In this document: positions 45,001 through 57,067 of the stretch, piece by piece
Layout of the letters: each line of letters begins with the position of its first letter
Numbering within the stretch: the stretch's first letter is position 1
Assembly (NCBI GenBank): GCA_035602335.1
Contig: DATNMK010000084.1
Location: 42,318 to 106,317, forward strand
Length of the DNA stretch: 64,000 nucleotides
Source: Burkholderiales bacterium
Lineage (GTDB): Bacteria; Pseudomonadota; Gammaproteobacteria; Burkholderiales; SG8-39
Direction of reading: 5' to 3'
Translations under genes and position numbers: made by a program
Notes under the pieces: model-generated
What the model was told of the DNA's origin: nothing
The model's database searches: none
Seen by the model: only the letters and a program-made list of their open reading frames with translations

Positions 45001-45897
45001 TTACGGGTCCCCGAAGACTATCCCGGCGCCAAGCCGCAGGAGATAAGCCAGCCGAAGGATCTGCCCGCAGTCGACGTGATCGCCGAGCGCTTCATCTACC
45101 ACGACAAGGAGCTTGGCCGGATCGAGGTCGTGGCTCAGCCTGCCGGGGAAGATTGGCGGCTCGAGAAGCTGGCGTGGGTGAATCCCGAAGCATCGCTTAC
45201 CGGAAAAGGCATCTGGCGCCCGGGCAGCCCGTCGCGCACGTCGGTCGATATCGAGCTCGACGCAGCCGACTCCGGCAGCTTCCTCGCGCGCCTGGGCTAC
45301 CCCAACCTGGTGAAGGGCGGCAAGGCGAGGCTGCAGGGTGCGCTCGCCTGGAACGGCGATCCGCTAGCCATCGATTACCCGAGCCTTTCCGGCCACGTGC
45401 AGATGCAGGCCCAGGACGGCCAGTTCCTCGAGATCGATCCCGGCCTCGGCAAGCTGGTGTCCTTGATGAGCCTGCAGGCGCTGCCGCGGCGGCTGACGCT
45501 CGACTTCCGCGACGTGTTCTCCCAGGGCTTCCAGTTCGACCGCATCGCCGCCGACGCGCAGATTGATCGCGGCCTGATGGCGATCAAGGAGTTCCGCATG
45601 CGCGGCTCGGCAGCCCAGGTCGAGATGGGCGGCGAGGTCGATCTGGCGAATGAGACGCAAAACCTGCACGTGCGCGTGGTGCCGAGCCTCGGCGACTCGG
45701 CCTCCACGGTGCTCGCATTTCTCAATCCGCTGCTGGTGTTTCCCGCCGCGCTGGCGCAGCGCATCCTGAAAGACCCGCTCGGCCACATCTTCGCCTTCGA
45801 TTACTCGATCACCGGCACCTGGGCCGACCCGAAGGTCGCCAAGCTGGGGATCAACGCCACGCGGACCAACGACGACGTCGTGCCGGACAGCAGGTAG
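42100..45897 (+). CDS. yhdP: YhdP-family (AsmA-like, DUF3971) large envelope protein
   Basis: MKPLWRAIEALAWSAFFAFAALVLALRFWLLPDIERYRGEI N-terminal anchor. About 1265 aa. C-terminal ...FDYSITGTWADPKV. The track start TTG 42082 is an alternative. Confidence 0.8.
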   Translation: MKPLWRAIEALAWSAFFAFAALVLALRFWLLPDIERYRGEIVAAIERTVGLPVKIAGIEAGWLGLRPQINLSEVRVYDHQGREVLALPAIRNVVSWRSLLHGELRLHSLAIDGPRLDVRRDASGALFVAGMKLADDGERRFTDWLLAQKEIVISNAEIEWRDEKRAAPPLALSALNLRLRNSGDEHSIGLTARPPEALGSTFELRAELGGRSASVLAAWNGRLYAQLGYTDLAAWRPWIDYPLDVREGQGALRVWATLENGRVQEGTADVALAHVVVRLASDLAPIELASVQGRLRGRTRRDGYEFSGRGVMLAAEHGPAISATDFQLSLKPGATSADASGMAAASSLELEPLSQLAAALPLPAELRGLLAELAPRGRLLDAKLEWSGELPAPKRIAARGRFADLGMRAHGAMPGFAGLSGSIEATEAKGSVVLAARKAELDLPRVFPEPRIPLDMLNGRIEWERHGERQFAVRAPSLSFSNADLSGNAFGSYAYTGSGPGTIDLSAQLNRVDGAQTARYLPLPEIMGKATRDWLAGAIISGQASDVRLRLRGDLHDFPFIDPAKGQFLVSARVEKGVLNYANGWPRIYDIGAELLFERDKMEIVGRSGTLLGAQLTNVRVSIPSMLAHAPLVLITGQADGATNDFLRYIDATPVKRMIGGFTDPMSAVGRGKLRLKLELPITHLAATRVAGEYEFANNNLTVHPQLPPIERATGKLMFTESTLTVHDVRGRLFGGPLAVSGGSRPGGDGIEVVARGEATPAGVRSVFDHPWRRFLSGAASYSATLLVREGRTRITIESPLRGIASALPAPLAKAAADTLPLRVEVIPAEGGARDRISVALGSLAAAEFARRRQGEAMVVQQAGIWLTPSGEQPVRFPEQPGTLIYGSLAALNVDRWIAVATNDVAGADAIDLDVKIGALDVYGKRINEVSMRGGVDAAGWSVMLTARELAGNLSYRSGQLIARLTHLRVPEDYPGAKPQEISQPKDLPAVDVIAERFIYHDKELGRIEVVAQPAGEDWRLEKLAWVNPEASLTGKGIWRPGSPSRTSVDIELDAADSGSFLARLGYPNLVKGGKARLQGALAWNGDPLAIDYPSLSGHVQMQAQDGQFLEIDPGLGKLVSLMSLQALPRRLTLDFRDVFSQGFQFDRIAADAQIDRGLMAIKEFRMRGSAAQVEMGGEVDLANETQNLHVRVVPSLGDSASTVLAFLNPLLVFPAALAQRILKDPLGHIFAFDYSITGTWADPKVAKLGINATRTNDDVVPDSR

Positions 45898-45899
45898 TC

Positions 45900-46706
45900 A
45901 TGGCGCAGACGCGAGTCGCCGCGGTGCAGATGGTTTCGGCGCCCGAGCTGATGCCCAACCTCGAGGCGGCGGGCCGGCTGGTCGCGGCGGCGGCGGCGGC
46001 CGGCGCGCGGCTGGTGGCGCTGCCCGAGAACTTCTACCTCATCGGCCGGCACGAAGGCGACAAGGTCAAAGTGCGCGAGGCCGAAGGCGAGGGGCCGATA
46101 CAGGGGTTTCTCGCCGAGACCGCGCGGCGCCACCGCGTCTGGATAGTCGGCGGCACCGCCCCCATATCGTCTTCGGACCCGGGACGCATCCGCAGTGCCT
46201 GCCTGGTATTCGACGAATCCGGAAGGCGCGTGGCGCGCTACGACAAGATGCACCTGTTTCGCTTCCAGAGCGGCGATGAGCGCTACGACGAGTCGCGCAC
46301 GCTGCAGGGCGGCGAAAGCGCGGTGGCCGTGGACAGCCCCTTCGGGCGTCTCGCGCTCTCGGTTTGCTACGATGTGCGCTTCCCCGAGCTGTATCGCGGG
46401 CTCGGCGACTTCGACGCCATGTTCGTCCCTTCGGCTTTTACCGTGCCGACCGGTGCTGCTCACTGGGAAACGCTGCTGCGCGCCCGCGCCATCGAGAACC
46501 AGGCGTACGTCATCGCGCCGGCCCAGGGCGGGCTGCATGCGAGCGGCCGCCGCACCTACGGGCACACCATGATCGTCGACCCTTGGGGCGAGATTCTCGC
46601 GCTGCGCCCGGAAGGCGAAGGCGTCGTGCTCGCCGAGATGGACACCGAGCGGGTGCGCGAAGTGCGCGCCGCGTTGCCCGCGACTACCAACAGGAGGCTG
46701 GATTGA
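45900..46706 (+). CDS. Carbon-nitrogen hydrolase (nitrilase superfamily)
   Basis: VAAVQMVS...ALPENF...YDKMHLF...[14 protein letters not shown] (Glu-Lys-Cys triad context). Confidence 0.8.
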   Translation: MAQTRVAAVQMVSAPELMPNLEAAGRLVAAAAAAGARLVALPENFYLIGRHEGDKVKVREAEGEGPIQGFLAETARRHRVWIVGGTAPISSSDPGRIRSACLVFDESGRRVARYDKMHLFRFQSGDERYDESRTLQGGESAVAVDSPFGRLALSVCYDVRFPELYRGLGDFDAMFVPSAFTVPTGAAHWETLLRARAIENQAYVIAPAQGGLHASGRRTYGHTMIVDPWGEILALRPEGEGVVLAEMDTERVREVRAALPATTNRRLD

Positions 46707-48133
46707 TCCTCGAAACCGCCAAGACCACGCTGCTTGCTCCGTTCGAGCTCGAAACCGGAAAGCTCGAGCGCGTGTTCGGCACGCTCGCCGCCCGCAAGGT
46801 GGATTACGCCGATCTTTATTTCCAGTATTCGCGCTTCGAGGGCTGGAGCCTGGAGGAAGGCATCGTCAAGTCGGGCAGCTTCAACATCGAGCAGGGCGTC
46901 GGCGTCAGGGCCATCTCCGGCGAGAAGACCGCCTTCGCCTATTCCGACGAGATCAGCTTCAACGCGCTGCAGGACGCTGCAAGAGCGACGCGCGCCATCG
47001 CGGCTTCTGGACAGGTCAAGCGCGTCAAGACGAACGAGGGCTCGCTTCCGGTGCCGCTTTACCCGGCGGTGGACCCGCTTGCCTCGCTGCGCTCGGAGGC
47101 CAAGGTTGCGCTGCTGGAGAAGCTGGAGAAAAAATGCCGTGCCCTCGACCCGCGCATCACGCAGGTGATGGCGAGCCTCGGCGGCGAGTACGAGGTCGTA
47201 TTGATCGCGCGCGGCGACGGCATGCTGGCCGCAGACGTGCGGCCCCTGGTGCGCTTGTCGGTGCAAGTGATCGCGGAGCAGAACGGGCGGCGCGAGACCG
47301 GTTCGGCAGGCGGCGGCGGCCGCGGCGACTATGCGCACTTTACCGACGCAAGGCTCGACGAGTACGCGCGCCAGGCGGTATCGCAGGCGCTGACCAACCT
47401 CGAAGCGCGTCCCGCTCCGGCGGGAACGATGACCGTGGTGCTGGGTCCCGGCTGGCCAGGCGTGCTGCTCCACGAGGCGGTCGGCCACGGCCTGGAAGGC
47501 GACTTCAACCGCAAGGGCAGCTCGGCGTTCTCCGGCCGCATGGGACAGCGCGTCGCATCGCCCGGCGTCACGGTGGTCGACGACGGCACGCTGCCCGGGC
47601 GCCGCGGCTCGCTCACCGTCGACGACGAAGGCAATCCGACGCGGCGTACGGTGCTGATCGAGGACGGCGTGCTGTGCGGCTACATGCAGGACAGCCTGAA
47701 TGCGCGGCTGATGAAGATGCCGCTCACCGGCAACGCCAGGCGCGAGTCCTTCGCGCACGTCACGCTGCCGCGCATGACCAATACGTACATGCTCGCCGGC
47801 GCGCACGATCCCAGGGAGATCATCGCCAGCGTCAAGAAGGGCCTGTACGCCACCAACTTCGGCGGCGGGCAGGTCGACATCACCAACGGCAAGTTCGTGT
47901 TCTCGGCCGCCGAGGCCTACCTGATCGAAGACGGCAAGGTCACCCACCCCGTGAAGGGCGCGACGCTGATCGGCAACGGGCCCGACGCGCTGACGCGCGT
48001 CAGCATGATCGGCAACGATCTCGCGCTCGATTCGGGCATCGGCACCTGCGGCAAGGAAGGGCAGAGCGTTCCGGTCGGCGTCGGCCAGCCCACACTCAAG
48101 ATCGAAGGATTGACGGTCGGAGGGACTGCCTGA
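46703..48133 (+). CDS. tldD: Metalloprotease TldD
   Basis: (TTG) [16 protein letters not shown]...[23 protein letters not shown]...[18 protein letters not shown] start 6 nt after a CAGGAGG SD, overlapping the nit stop. Confidence 0.85.
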   Translation: MILETAKTTLLAPFELETGKLERVFGTLAARKVDYADLYFQYSRFEGWSLEEGIVKSGSFNIEQGVGVRAISGEKTAFAYSDEISFNALQDAARATRAIAASGQVKRVKTNEGSLPVPLYPAVDPLASLRSEAKVALLEKLEKKCRALDPRITQVMASLGGEYEVVLIARGDGMLAADVRPLVRLSVQVIAEQNGRRETGSAGGGGRGDYAHFTDARLDEYARQAVSQALTNLEARPAPAGTMTVVLGPGWPGVLLHEAVGHGLEGDFNRKGSSAFSGRMGQRVASPGVTVVDDGTLPGRRGSLTVDDEGNPTRRTVLIEDGVLCGYMQDSLNARLMKMPLTGNARRESFAHVTLPRMTNTYMLAGAHDPREIIASVKKGLYATNFGGGQVDITNGKFVFSAAEAYLIEDGKVTHPVKGATLIGNGPDALTRVSMIGNDLALDSGIGTCGKEGQSVPVGVGQPTLKIEGLTVGGTA

Positions 48134-48963
48134 CGCGTTTTCTCGCCGATGCCGAATCGGTTGCGCAGGAGATCCCCGACGGCGCGCTGATCGGGCTGCC
48201 CCCGGATTATTCATTGCCGGCGATGGAAGTGGTGCGCGCCCTCATCCGCCGCAAGGCGCGCAATCTGCGGCTTCTCGGCGTGCCGATCCTGGGGTTATCG
48301 GCCGACCTCCTGATCGGCGCCGGCTGCGTCGCGGAAGTGGAAACCAGCGCCGTGTCCCTCGGCGAGGCGGGACTGGCGCCGCGCTTCACCGAAGCGGTGC
48401 AGACAGGAGAGATCAAAGTTCGAGACGCGACCTGCCCTGCGATCCACACTGCGCTGCAGGCAGCCGAGAAGGGCGTGCCATTCATGCCGCTGCGCGGGGT
48501 TCTTGGCTCCGATCTGATCAAACCCAGGCCGGATTGGAAGGTATTGCAAAATCCCTTTGCCGCGGGGGAGGACCCCATCCTGTTCATCCAATCGATCGCT
48601 CCGGACGTCGCGCTGTTTCACGCGAGATGGGCCGACGAGGCCGGCAATGTATGGATCGGTCGGCGCAAGGAAGTGGCGACGATCGCTCATGCCGCGAAGC
48701 GCACTTTCGTGACCTTCGAGGAGCAGCGCGCCGGCGACATGCTGGAGGACGAGCTGCTGGCCCCCGGCGTCGTATCGTCGGTGTACGTCGAAGCGCTTGC
48801 ACCGGCGAAGCGTGGTGCCTGGCCGCTCGGCGTCGCGGAGCTCTACGGCGTCGACGACGCGCATCTCGCCCACTACGCGCGGGCCGCGAAGACGCGGGAA
48901 GGCTTCCAGCGCTACCTGGATGAATTCGTTTGTACAAGAAAGAAGAACTCCTTGCCTGCGTGA
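48130..48963 (+). CDS. Class I CoA-transferase subunit A-like (glutaconate CoA-transferase type); start uncertain, probably CTG
   Basis: (CTG) [25 protein letters not shown]...[36 protein letters not shown]. There is no in-frame ATG/GTG/TTG before the conserved N-terminus. A GGAGGG SD lies 5 nt upstream, and CTGA overlaps the tldD stop. Confidence 0.55.
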   Translation: MTRFLADAESVAQEIPDGALIGLPPDYSLPAMEVVRALIRRKARNLRLLGVPILGLSADLLIGAGCVAEVETSAVSLGEAGLAPRFTEAVQTGEIKVRDATCPAIHTALQAAEKGVPFMPLRGVLGSDLIKPRPDWKVLQNPFAAGEDPILFIQSIAPDVALFHARWADEAGNVWIGRRKEVATIAHAAKRTFVTFEEQRAGDMLEDELLAPGVVSSVYVEALAPAKRGAWPLGVAELYGVDDAHLAHYARAAKTREGFQRYLDEFVCTRKKNSLPA

Positions 48964-49634
48964 TCGCCAGTCTGATCGGCGAGGCGCGCCACGTCGCCAT
49001 CGGCGCCGCCTCTCCGATCCCCGCGACGGGTGCTTTCTTGTTGAAAAACAAAAACCCCGCTTTGCGCGTTTCGCTGCATCAGCGTCGCAATGCGAATCCT
49101 TTCACCGAAGGTTCGCGTGAGCTCTTCGACCTCGCCGGGCAGGGTCGCATCGACGTGTTCTTTCTCGGCGGCGCGCAGATCGACGGCGAGGCCAACATCA
49201 ACCTGGTGCGCGCCGAGGGGCGCCGCTTTCCGGGTTCCTTCGGCTCGGCGTTCATGTACTTCACCGTCTGGCGCACGATCCTGTTTCGCGAAGAACACTC
49301 GAAGCGCGTCCTCGTGCCCAGGGTCGAGTTCATCTCGGCGCCGGGCTGGAGCCCGCCGGAAGTTGAGCGGCGCGGCGGTCCGGTCGCGCTGTTGACCGGC
49401 AAGGCGCTCTTCTCGTGGCAAAAGGAGCAGCGCCGCTTCCGCCTGGAGAGCGTGCATCCGGGACATAGCGTCGAGGAGATCCGCGCCAACACAGGTTTCG
49501 CATTTGATTTGCCCGGCACGATCTCGACCACCCCCAGCCCGACTTCGGAACAACTGGCGTTGTTGCGTGGCCGGGTGGCGAAGGAAATCGCGGTCGACTA
49601 TCCGGAGTTCGCTGCCCGGGTGTGGGACGCCTGA
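48930..49634 (+). CDS. Class I CoA-transferase subunit B-like
   Basis: (TTG) [30 protein letters not shown]...FFLGGAQIDGEANINL... Confidence 0.55.
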   Translation: MYKKEELLACVIASLIGEARHVAIGAASPIPATGAFLLKNKNPALRVSLHQRRNANPFTEGSRELFDLAGQGRIDVFFLGGAQIDGEANINLVRAEGRRFPGSFGSAFMYFTVWRTILFREEHSKRVLVPRVEFISAPGWSPPEVERRGGPVALLTGKALFSWQKEQRRFRLESVHPGHSVEEIRANTGFAFDLPGTISTTPSPTSEQLALLRGRVAKEIAVDYPEFAARVWDA

Positions 49635-49664
49635 TACCATAGACGGCACGGCGAGGAGGTCAGC

Positions 49665-50546
49665 ATGGATACCAAAACCAAGCATTTCGACCGCACGACC
49701 GCGGACGTCGGCAACATCGTGCTGCTCGAGCACGTCAACGTGACCCAGCCCGACCAGCGGCCGACGACGCTGTTCTACGTGGTGGCGCTCGGCGGCACGC
49801 GCGACCCGTACATTTTCGTCGGCCTGGAGAACATGTGGGTCAACTACGGGCGCACGCAGATCCACATGCCGAGCCGCGACCCGCAGCCGCAGGTCGTGCG
49901 CGGCACGATCGGCTTCGTGGTGCCGGACCTCGAGGCGCTGAAGAAGCGCATGGCGCGGGTTGCGCCGGCCCTCAAGGACACGCGCTTCGCGTGGACTGAT
50001 AAGGGTTTCTGTGTAGAAGCTACCTGCCCGTGGGGGAACCGCGTGCGCTGCCACGCGCCCGCGCCGGAATTCGGCGACACCGAGCTTGGGCTCGCTTATG
50101 TGGAGTTCGACGTGCCGCCGGGAAGTGCGGACGGCATTGCGCGCTTCTACACCGAGATCCTGGCTGCGCCGTCGAAAGTCGTGAAGCGCCACGGTGCGCC
50201 TGCGGCTGAGGTACCGATCGGGCGCGGCCAGCGCCTGTGGTACACGGAGACGCGCGAGCCGATCCCGCCCTACGACGGCCACCATATCGAGATGTACATC
50301 GCCGACTTCTCGGCGCCATACAAGAAGCTGCTCGAGCGCGGCCTCATCACCATGGAGACCGACGAGCACGAGTGGCGCTTCCAGAGAATCGTCGATCCGG
50401 AATCGGGCAAGCCGCTGTTCGAGATCGAGCACGAAGTGAGAAGCCTGAAGCACCCGCTCTACGCGCGGCCGCTCGTCAACCGCAACCCGCTGCAGACCAA
50501 CACCGCCTACCAGCGCAACCAGGACGCGTTCCGCGGCAAGTACTAG
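49665..50546 (+). CDS. Hypothetical protein, possibly a two-module VOC (glyoxalase/dioxygenase)-fold
   Basis: 293-aa ORF with clean codon usage (GNIVLLEHVNVTQPDQRPTTLFYVVALGGTRDPY...HHIEMYIADF). The fold call is tentative. Confidence 0.35.
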   Translation: MDTKTKHFDRTTADVGNIVLLEHVNVTQPDQRPTTLFYVVALGGTRDPYIFVGLENMWVNYGRTQIHMPSRDPQPQVVRGTIGFVVPDLEALKKRMARVAPALKDTRFAWTDKGFCVEATCPWGNRVRCHAPAPEFGDTELGLAYVEFDVPPGSADGIARFYTEILAAPSKVVKRHGAPAAEVPIGRGQRLWYTETREPIPPYDGHHIEMYIADFSAPYKKLLERGLITMETDEHEWRFQRIVDPESGKPLFEIEHEVRSLKHPLYARPLVNRNPLQTNTAYQRNQDAFRGKY

Positions 50547-50560
50547 CTCGGCGTAAATCC

Positions 50561-51514
50561 GTGCGCTTTTTCATTTTCGCGGTGCTGCTTGCCGCAGCCC
50601 CGGTCCTCGCGCAGCAGCCCTATCCCAGCCGGCCGGTGGCGATCGTGGTGCCGTTCTCGCCGGGCACCGGCATCGACATCCTGGCGCGCACACTCGGCGA
50701 GCGCTTCAACGCGCGTTGGGGCATTCCGGTGGTGGTCGAGAACAAGCCCGGGGCAAGCGGCAACATCGGCGCCGAATCGGTGATGCACGCGGCGGCGGAT
50801 GGCTACACCCTTCTCATGACGGCCACCAGCTTCGCCACCAACGTCGCGCTCGCCAAGCGCTTGCCCTACGACCCGCAGAGAAGCTTTGCGCCGGTGGCGC
50901 TGGTTGCGACCGGCACGCTCGCGCTCGTTGTCGCGCCGAGCAGCCCGGCGAAATCGGTTCGCGAACTGGTCGAGCTGGCGAAATCAAGACCGGGCGCGCT
51001 GAACTATGCTTCGACGGGCAACGGCACCGTCCAGCACCTCACGATGGAGCTGCTCAAGCAGGCGCTCGGCATCGATCTGGTACATGTTCCGTACAAGGCG
51101 AACGCCGGCGCGATCACCGACGTCTCCGGCGGCCATGTGGAAGCGATGGTCACGCCGATCCATACCGCCGCGCCGCTCGCGAAGCAGAACCGGCTGCGCA
51201 TGCTGGCGGTGCTTTCCGCGGAGCGCTCGACGCTGTTCCCGGCCGTGCCGACGCTGAAGGAGGAAGGCTTTCCAGATCTCGAGGTCGAGGTGTGGTACGC
51301 GTTGCTCGTGCCGGCGGGAACGCCGCAGCCTGTAGTCGACCGGCTGAACGCCGGCGTCCAAGAAATTCTTTCCACCCATGAAATACGAGAGGCGCTTGCA
51401 AAGCAGGGCCTTTCGCCGGTCGGCGGGCCGCCCGAGCGGCTCGCCGAGCTGCTGCGCACGGAGCTCGCGCGCTGGCCGCGCGTCATTGCCAATGCAGGAA
51501 TCAAGGCGGACTGA
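50561..51514 (+). CDS. Bug-family (TctC-like) tripartite tricarboxylate transporter substrate-binding protein
   Basis: (GTG) RFFIFAVLLAAAPVLAQQPYPSRPVAIVVPFSPGTGIDILAR...NKPGASGNIG... Confidence 0.85.
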   Translation: MRFFIFAVLLAAAPVLAQQPYPSRPVAIVVPFSPGTGIDILARTLGERFNARWGIPVVVENKPGASGNIGAESVMHAAADGYTLLMTATSFATNVALAKRLPYDPQRSFAPVALVATGTLALVVAPSSPAKSVRELVELAKSRPGALNYASTGNGTVQHLTMELLKQALGIDLVHVPYKANAGAITDVSGGHVEAMVTPIHTAAPLAKQNRLRMLAVLSAERSTLFPAVPTLKEEGFPDLEVEVWYALLVPAGTPQPVVDRLNAGVQEILSTHEIREALAKQGLSPVGGPPERLAELLRTELARWPRVIANAGIKAD

Positions 51515-51515
51515 G

Positions 51516-52973
51516 ATGAACAAACCTCTGCGTTTGTGGAACGAATACGACCGCCCGCATGCCGACCTGCGAGAGGCGATCGACCGCATGGAGCGCGCCG
51601 GCGAGTTGCTGCGCATCCGCGGCGCCGATTGGAAGCTGGAGATGGGCGCGCTGGCCGAGATCGTGTACCGGCAGGACAATCCGCCGGCGATCCTGTTCGA
51701 GGACATCCCCGGCTACCCGAAGGGCTTTCGCGCCATTTCCGGCGCGACCAACTCGGCGCGGCGCCTCGCCATCACGTTGGGGTTCCCGGTGCCGTCGCAC
51801 CCGCTCGACGTGGTGCGCGCCTATCGCGATCGAATGAAGCAGCACAAGCCGATTCCACCGCGGGTGGTGAAGGATGGCCCGGTTCTCGAGAATGTTCTGA
51901 AAGGCAGCGACATAGACGTCCTGAAATTCCCGGCGCCCCTGCTGCACGAGCACGACGGCGGGCGCTATATCGGCACCGACGACCTCGTGATCATGCGCGA
52001 CCCCGAGGAGAACTGGGTGAACTGCGGCACCTACCGCTCGATGGTGCACGGCGCGGACAAGGTCGGGTTGTGGATCTCGCCCGGCAAGCACGGGCGGCAG
52101 ATCCGCGAGAAGTACCTCAAGCAGGGCAAGCCCTGCCCGGTGCTGATCAGCTGCGGGCACGATCCGCTGCTGTTTCTCGCCGGCGGCAACGAGATCCGCT
52201 TCGGCCTCTCGGAATACGACTACGCGGCCGGGCATCGCGGCGCGTCGTACGACGTGGTCGAAAGCGAGCTGCATGGCCTGCCGATGCCGGCGCACGCCGA
52301 GATCGTCCTCGAAGGCGTGATGCATCCCGACGACGCGCTGCCCGAGGGCCCGTTCGGCGAGTTCACCGGCTATTACGCCGGCGGACGCAGCCACCAGCCG
52401 GTGGTGCGCATCGAGCGCATCTACCATCGCAACGAGCCGATCCTCGGCCTTGCCTGCCCGATGGTGCCACCCTCCGACTTCTCGTTCTCCAAGTGCGTGA
52501 TGAAGGCCGGCATGATCTGGGACGAGGTCGAGCGCGCCGGCCTTTCCGGCGTGTGCGGCGTGTGGGTGCACGAGCCGGGCTGTGCGCGCATGTTCAACGT
52601 CATCGCGATCAAGCAGGCCTATGCCGGCCATGCCAAACAGGCGGCGCTGCTCGCCGCGAGCTGCCAGTCGGGGTCCTACCTCGGCCGATTCGTCGTGGTG
52701 GTGGACGAGGACGTCGACCCGGCGAACCTTAACGACGTGCTCTGGGCGATGTGCACGCGCTGCGACCCGGCCGAGGACATCGACATCCTGCGCCGCACCT
52801 GGAGCGGGCCGCTCGATCCGCGTCTGCCGAAGGGCGTCAGCTGGAACTCGCGCGCGATCATCGACGCCTGCCGGCCCTTCGACATGCTCGGGGACTTCCC
52901 GCCGGTGGTGAAGGCCTCGGACGAGCTGCGCAGCAAGGTGGCGGCCAAATTCGCGGGCCAGCTTAAGCGCTAG
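51516..52973 (+). CDS. UbiD-family (prFMN-dependent) decarboxylase
   Basis: ...HDGGRYIGT...[15 protein letters not shown]... 485 aa. No ubiX in the window. Confidence 0.85.
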   Translation: MNKPLRLWNEYDRPHADLREAIDRMERAGELLRIRGADWKLEMGALAEIVYRQDNPPAILFEDIPGYPKGFRAISGATNSARRLAITLGFPVPSHPLDVVRAYRDRMKQHKPIPPRVVKDGPVLENVLKGSDIDVLKFPAPLLHEHDGGRYIGTDDLVIMRDPEENWVNCGTYRSMVHGADKVGLWISPGKHGRQIREKYLKQGKPCPVLISCGHDPLLFLAGGNEIRFGLSEYDYAAGHRGASYDVVESELHGLPMPAHAEIVLEGVMHPDDALPEGPFGEFTGYYAGGRSHQPVVRIERIYHRNEPILGLACPMVPPSDFSFSKCVMKAGMIWDEVERAGLSGVCGVWVHEPGCARMFNVIAIKQAYAGHAKQAALLAASCQSGSYLGRFVVVVDEDVDPANLNDVLWAMCTRCDPAEDIDILRRTWSGPLDPRLPKGVSWNSRAIIDACRPFDMLGDFPPVVKASDELRSKVAAKFAGQLKR

Positions 52974-54438
52974 CCCACCTCTTCGCGCGTTCTACGGCTT
53001 GCTGCCAGCGCGCGAGCATTTCTTGAGCATTCGAAGAGCGCGGCTCGAAGCGCCGCTCGGCGTGCCAATGCGCGGCAATCTCGTCGCGCGATTTCCACAG
53101 GTTAACCGTGAGGCCGGCGAGGTAGGCGGCGCCGAGGGCCGTGGTCTCCAGCACTTTGGGCCGCACCACCGGCACGCCGAGCAGATCGGCCTGGAACTGC
53201 ATCAGCAGGTCGTTCGCGGCGGCACCGCCGTCGACGCGCAGCTCCGAGAGCTTCTCGCCCGCATCCTTCTGCATCGCCTGCAGCACGTCGGCGCTTTGGA
53301 AGGCGATCGACTCCAGCGCGGCGCGCGCGATATGTGCGCGGGAGGTGCCGCGCGTTAAACCGAGCATGGCGCCGCGCGCGCGCGGGTCCCAGTGCGGCGC
53401 GCCCAGGCCGACGAACGCGGGGACCAGGTAGACGCCTCCGTTATCCAAAACGCTCGCTGCGAGTCGTTCGATTTCGGAGGACGACGAGAAAAACTGCAGC
53501 TCGTCCCGCAGCCACTGCACCACGGCACCGCCGATGAACACACTGCCTTCGAGGGCGAACTCTTTTTTCTGGAGCTGCGCGCAGGCCGTGGAAACCAGGC
53601 CGTTGGCGGATTTCACCACACGCTCGCCGGTGTGCAGCAGCATGAAGCAGCCGGTGCCGTAGGTGTTCTTCGCCATGCCGGGCCGGTGGCAGGCCTGGCC
53701 GAACAACGCCGCCTGCTGGTCGCCGGCAATGCCGCCGATCACCAGCGGCTCGCCGAGCACGCTCGCCGGCAGCATGCCGAAGGCATGCGCGGACGGGTGA
53801 ACATCGGGCAGCAGCGCGCGCGGCACGCCCAGCAGCCGCATCAGCTCCTCGTCCCAGTCGCCGCGCGTGATGTCGAACAGCATGGTGCGCGAGGCGTTCG
53901 AAGGATCGGTGACGTGCGTGCGGTTTCCGGTGAGCTTCCAGACCAGCCAGGTATCCACGGTGCCGAAGGCGAGCTCGCCGCGTTCGGCGCGCTCGCGCGC
54001 GCCGGGAATATTATCGAGGAGCCAGGCGATCTTGGTGCCGCTGAAATACGGATCGATGACGAGGCCGGTTTTTTTGCGAACCAGTTCCTCGGAGGATTTC
54101 AGTTTTTCGCACTGCGCGGCAGTTCTGCGGTCTTGCCAGACGATGGCGTTGTGGATCGGCTCGCCGGTCTGCCGATCCCACAGGAGGGTGGTCTCGCGCT
54201 GGTTGGCGATGCCAACGGCCATCACCTCTTTCAGTGCGACGTCCGCCTTGCGCACCGCTTCGCGCGCCACGTCGCGCTGCGTCTCGAAGATTTCCTTCGG
54301 GTCGTGCTCCACCCAGCCGGGCTGCGGATAGATCTGGCGCAATTCGCGCTGCGCGGTGCAGACCGCGGCGCCTTCCTCGTCGAACAGGATGGCGCGCGAG
54401 CTGGTCGTGCCCTGATCGAGCGCGAGAACGTAACGCAC
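52963..54438 (-). CDS. glpK: Glycerol kinase
   Basis: [20 protein letters not shown]...[11 protein letters not shown]...[13 protein letters not shown]. 3' end overlaps the ubiD-like 3' end by 11 nt. Confidence 0.95.
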   Translation of the reverse strand: MRYVLALDQGTTSSRAILFDEEGAAVCTAQRELRQIYPQPGWVEHDPKEIFETQRDVAREAVRKADVALKEVMAVGIANQRETTLLWDRQTGEPIHNAIVWQDRRTAAQCEKLKSSEELVRKKTGLVIDPYFSGTKIAWLLDNIPGARERAERGELAFGTVDTWLVWKLTGNRTHVTDPSNASRTMLFDITRGDWDEELMRLLGVPRALLPDVHPSAHAFGMLPASVLGEPLVIGGIAGDQQAALFGQACHRPGMAKNTYGTGCFMLLHTGERVVKSANGLVSTACAQLQKKEFALEGSVFIGGAVVQWLRDELQFFSSSSEIERLAASVLDNGGVYLVPAFVGLGAPHWDPRARGAMLGLTRGTSRAHIARAALESIAFQSADVLQAMQKDAGEKLSELRVDGGAAANDLLMQFQADLLGVPVVRPKVLETTALGAAYLAGLTVNLWKSRDEIAAHWHAERRFEPRSSNAQEMLARWQQAVERAKRWASA

Positions 54439-54459
54439 GGAAAATTCTAGCAGGCACGA

Positions 54460-55026
54460 GTGCTAAAATCCGCCGCCATGCCACTGCCTATCCAGGACGT
54501 CGAGCGCGAGCTGACGCACACGCGGCGCGTGCGCTTCGAGGGTTACAAGCGCGCCGACGGACTGTGGGACATCGAAGCGCATCTCAGCGACATCAAGAAC
54601 CACGATTACCACCTGAAGACCGGAGTGCGGCGCGCGGGTCAGCCGATCCATGAGATGTGGCTGCGCCTCACCATCGACCGCAATCTCACGATCCTCGATG
54701 CGGCGGCTTCCATGGACGCCCTGCCGTACCCGGGCGGCTGCGAAACCATCGTGCGCGCTTACCGTAAGCTCATCGGTCTGAACCTGGCAAAGCAATTCAG
54801 AAGCAAAGTCAGGGAAATTCTCGGCGGCGTGCAGGGCTGCACGCATCTCACCGAGATGCTCGCCGGCATGCCGACCGCGGCGATCCAGACCTTCGCCGGC
54901 GAGATGAAGGAAGAGCGCGAGGACGGCCGCAAGCCTTTCCAGCTCGACCAGTGTCACGCGCTCGAGACGACCACCGACACGGTGAAGAAGTGGTACCCGA
55001 AATGGTATCGGGGTAAGGCGGCTTGA
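54460..55026 (+). CDS. DUF2889-domain protein
   Basis: [27 protein letters not shown]...[13 protein letters not shown]. Alternative ATG at 54478. Confidence 0.65.
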   Translation: MLKSAAMPLPIQDVERELTHTRRVRFEGYKRADGLWDIEAHLSDIKNHDYHLKTGVRRAGQPIHEMWLRLTIDRNLTILDAAASMDALPYPGGCETIVRAYRKLIGLNLAKQFRSKVREILGGVQGCTHLTEMLAGMPTAAIQTFAGEMKEEREDGRKPFQLDQCHALETTTDTVKKWYPKWYRGKAA

Positions 55027-56188
55027 AGATCCACGAGTACCAGGGCAAGGAAGTGTTGCGCGAATACGGCGTGCCGACGCCGCGCGGCTTCCCGGCATTC
55101 TCGGTCGATGAGGCAGTGGAAGCGGCGCAGAAGCTCGGCGGCAAGGTGTGGGTCGTCAAGGCGCAGATCCACGCCGGCGGCCGCGGCAAAGGCGGCGGGG
55201 TTAAGGTCGCAAAGTCCCTTGAAGAAGTCAGACAACTTTCCTCAAAAATCCTTGGCATGCAGCTCGTCACCCATCAGACCGGGCTCGCGGGGCAGAAAGT
55301 GCGACGGCTGCTCATCGAGGAAGGCGCCGACATAAAGAAGGAGCTCTACCTCGGCATGGTGGTCGATCGCGGCACGCAGAAGGTCGTGCTGATGGCCTCC
55401 TCTGAAGGCGGCATGGACATCGAGGAAGTCGCCGCGAACAGGCCCGAGAAGATCCACAAGGTGTTCATCGACCCGGTGCAGGGCCTGAACGACGTCGACG
55501 CCGACGAGATCGCCGCAAGCATCGGTATCCCGGATCAGGCGCAAGCGCAAGGACGCGCGCTCTTCAAGGCGCTGTACAAGTGCTTCGACGCGACCGACGC
55601 CTCGCTCGCCGAGATCAACCCGCTGATTCTCACCGGCGACGGCCGCGTGGTGGCGCTCGACGCCAAGTTCAACTTCGACGACAACGCGCTCTTCCGCCAC
55701 CCCGAGATCGTGGCGATGCGCGACTTGGACGAGGAGGACCCGGCCGAGGTCGAGGCCTCCAAGCACGAGCTCAATTACATCCAGCTCGATGGCGACATCG
55801 GCTGCCTGGTGAATGGCGCCGGCCTCGCCATGGCGACGATGGACATCATCAAGTTCTACGGCGGCAGCCCGGCGAACTTCCTCGACGTCGGCGGCGGCGC
55901 CACCACCGAGAAGGTGACCGAGGCGTTCAAGATCATGCTGCGCAACCCGTCGCTGAAGGCGATCCTGGTCAACATTTTCGGCGGCATCATGCTGTGCGAC
56001 GTCGTCGCCGATGGCCTGGTGAAGGCGTCCAAGGCGGTAAGCCTGAAGGTGCCGCTGGTGGTCCGCCTCGAAGGCAATCGGGTGGAAGAAGGAAAGAAAA
56101 TTCTCGCCGACTCGGGCTTGCCGATCATCTCTGCGAAGAACATGGCGGATGCCGCGCAGAAAGTCGTGGCCGCCGCCAAAGGGAAGCG

Positions 56189-56192
<4 letters not shown>
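55023..56192 (+). CDS. sucC: Succinate--CoA ligase subunit beta
   Basis: (TTG) [21 protein letters not shown]...[18 protein letters not shown]...NIFGGI. Confidence 0.95.

Positions 56193-57067
<875 letters not shown>

Noticed and set aside
54439-54477. TAGCA-N8-TGCTA inverted repeat upstream of glpK, considered as a possible GlpR operator.
   Set aside because: It has 5-bp arms only, and I know of no consensus to compare it against.
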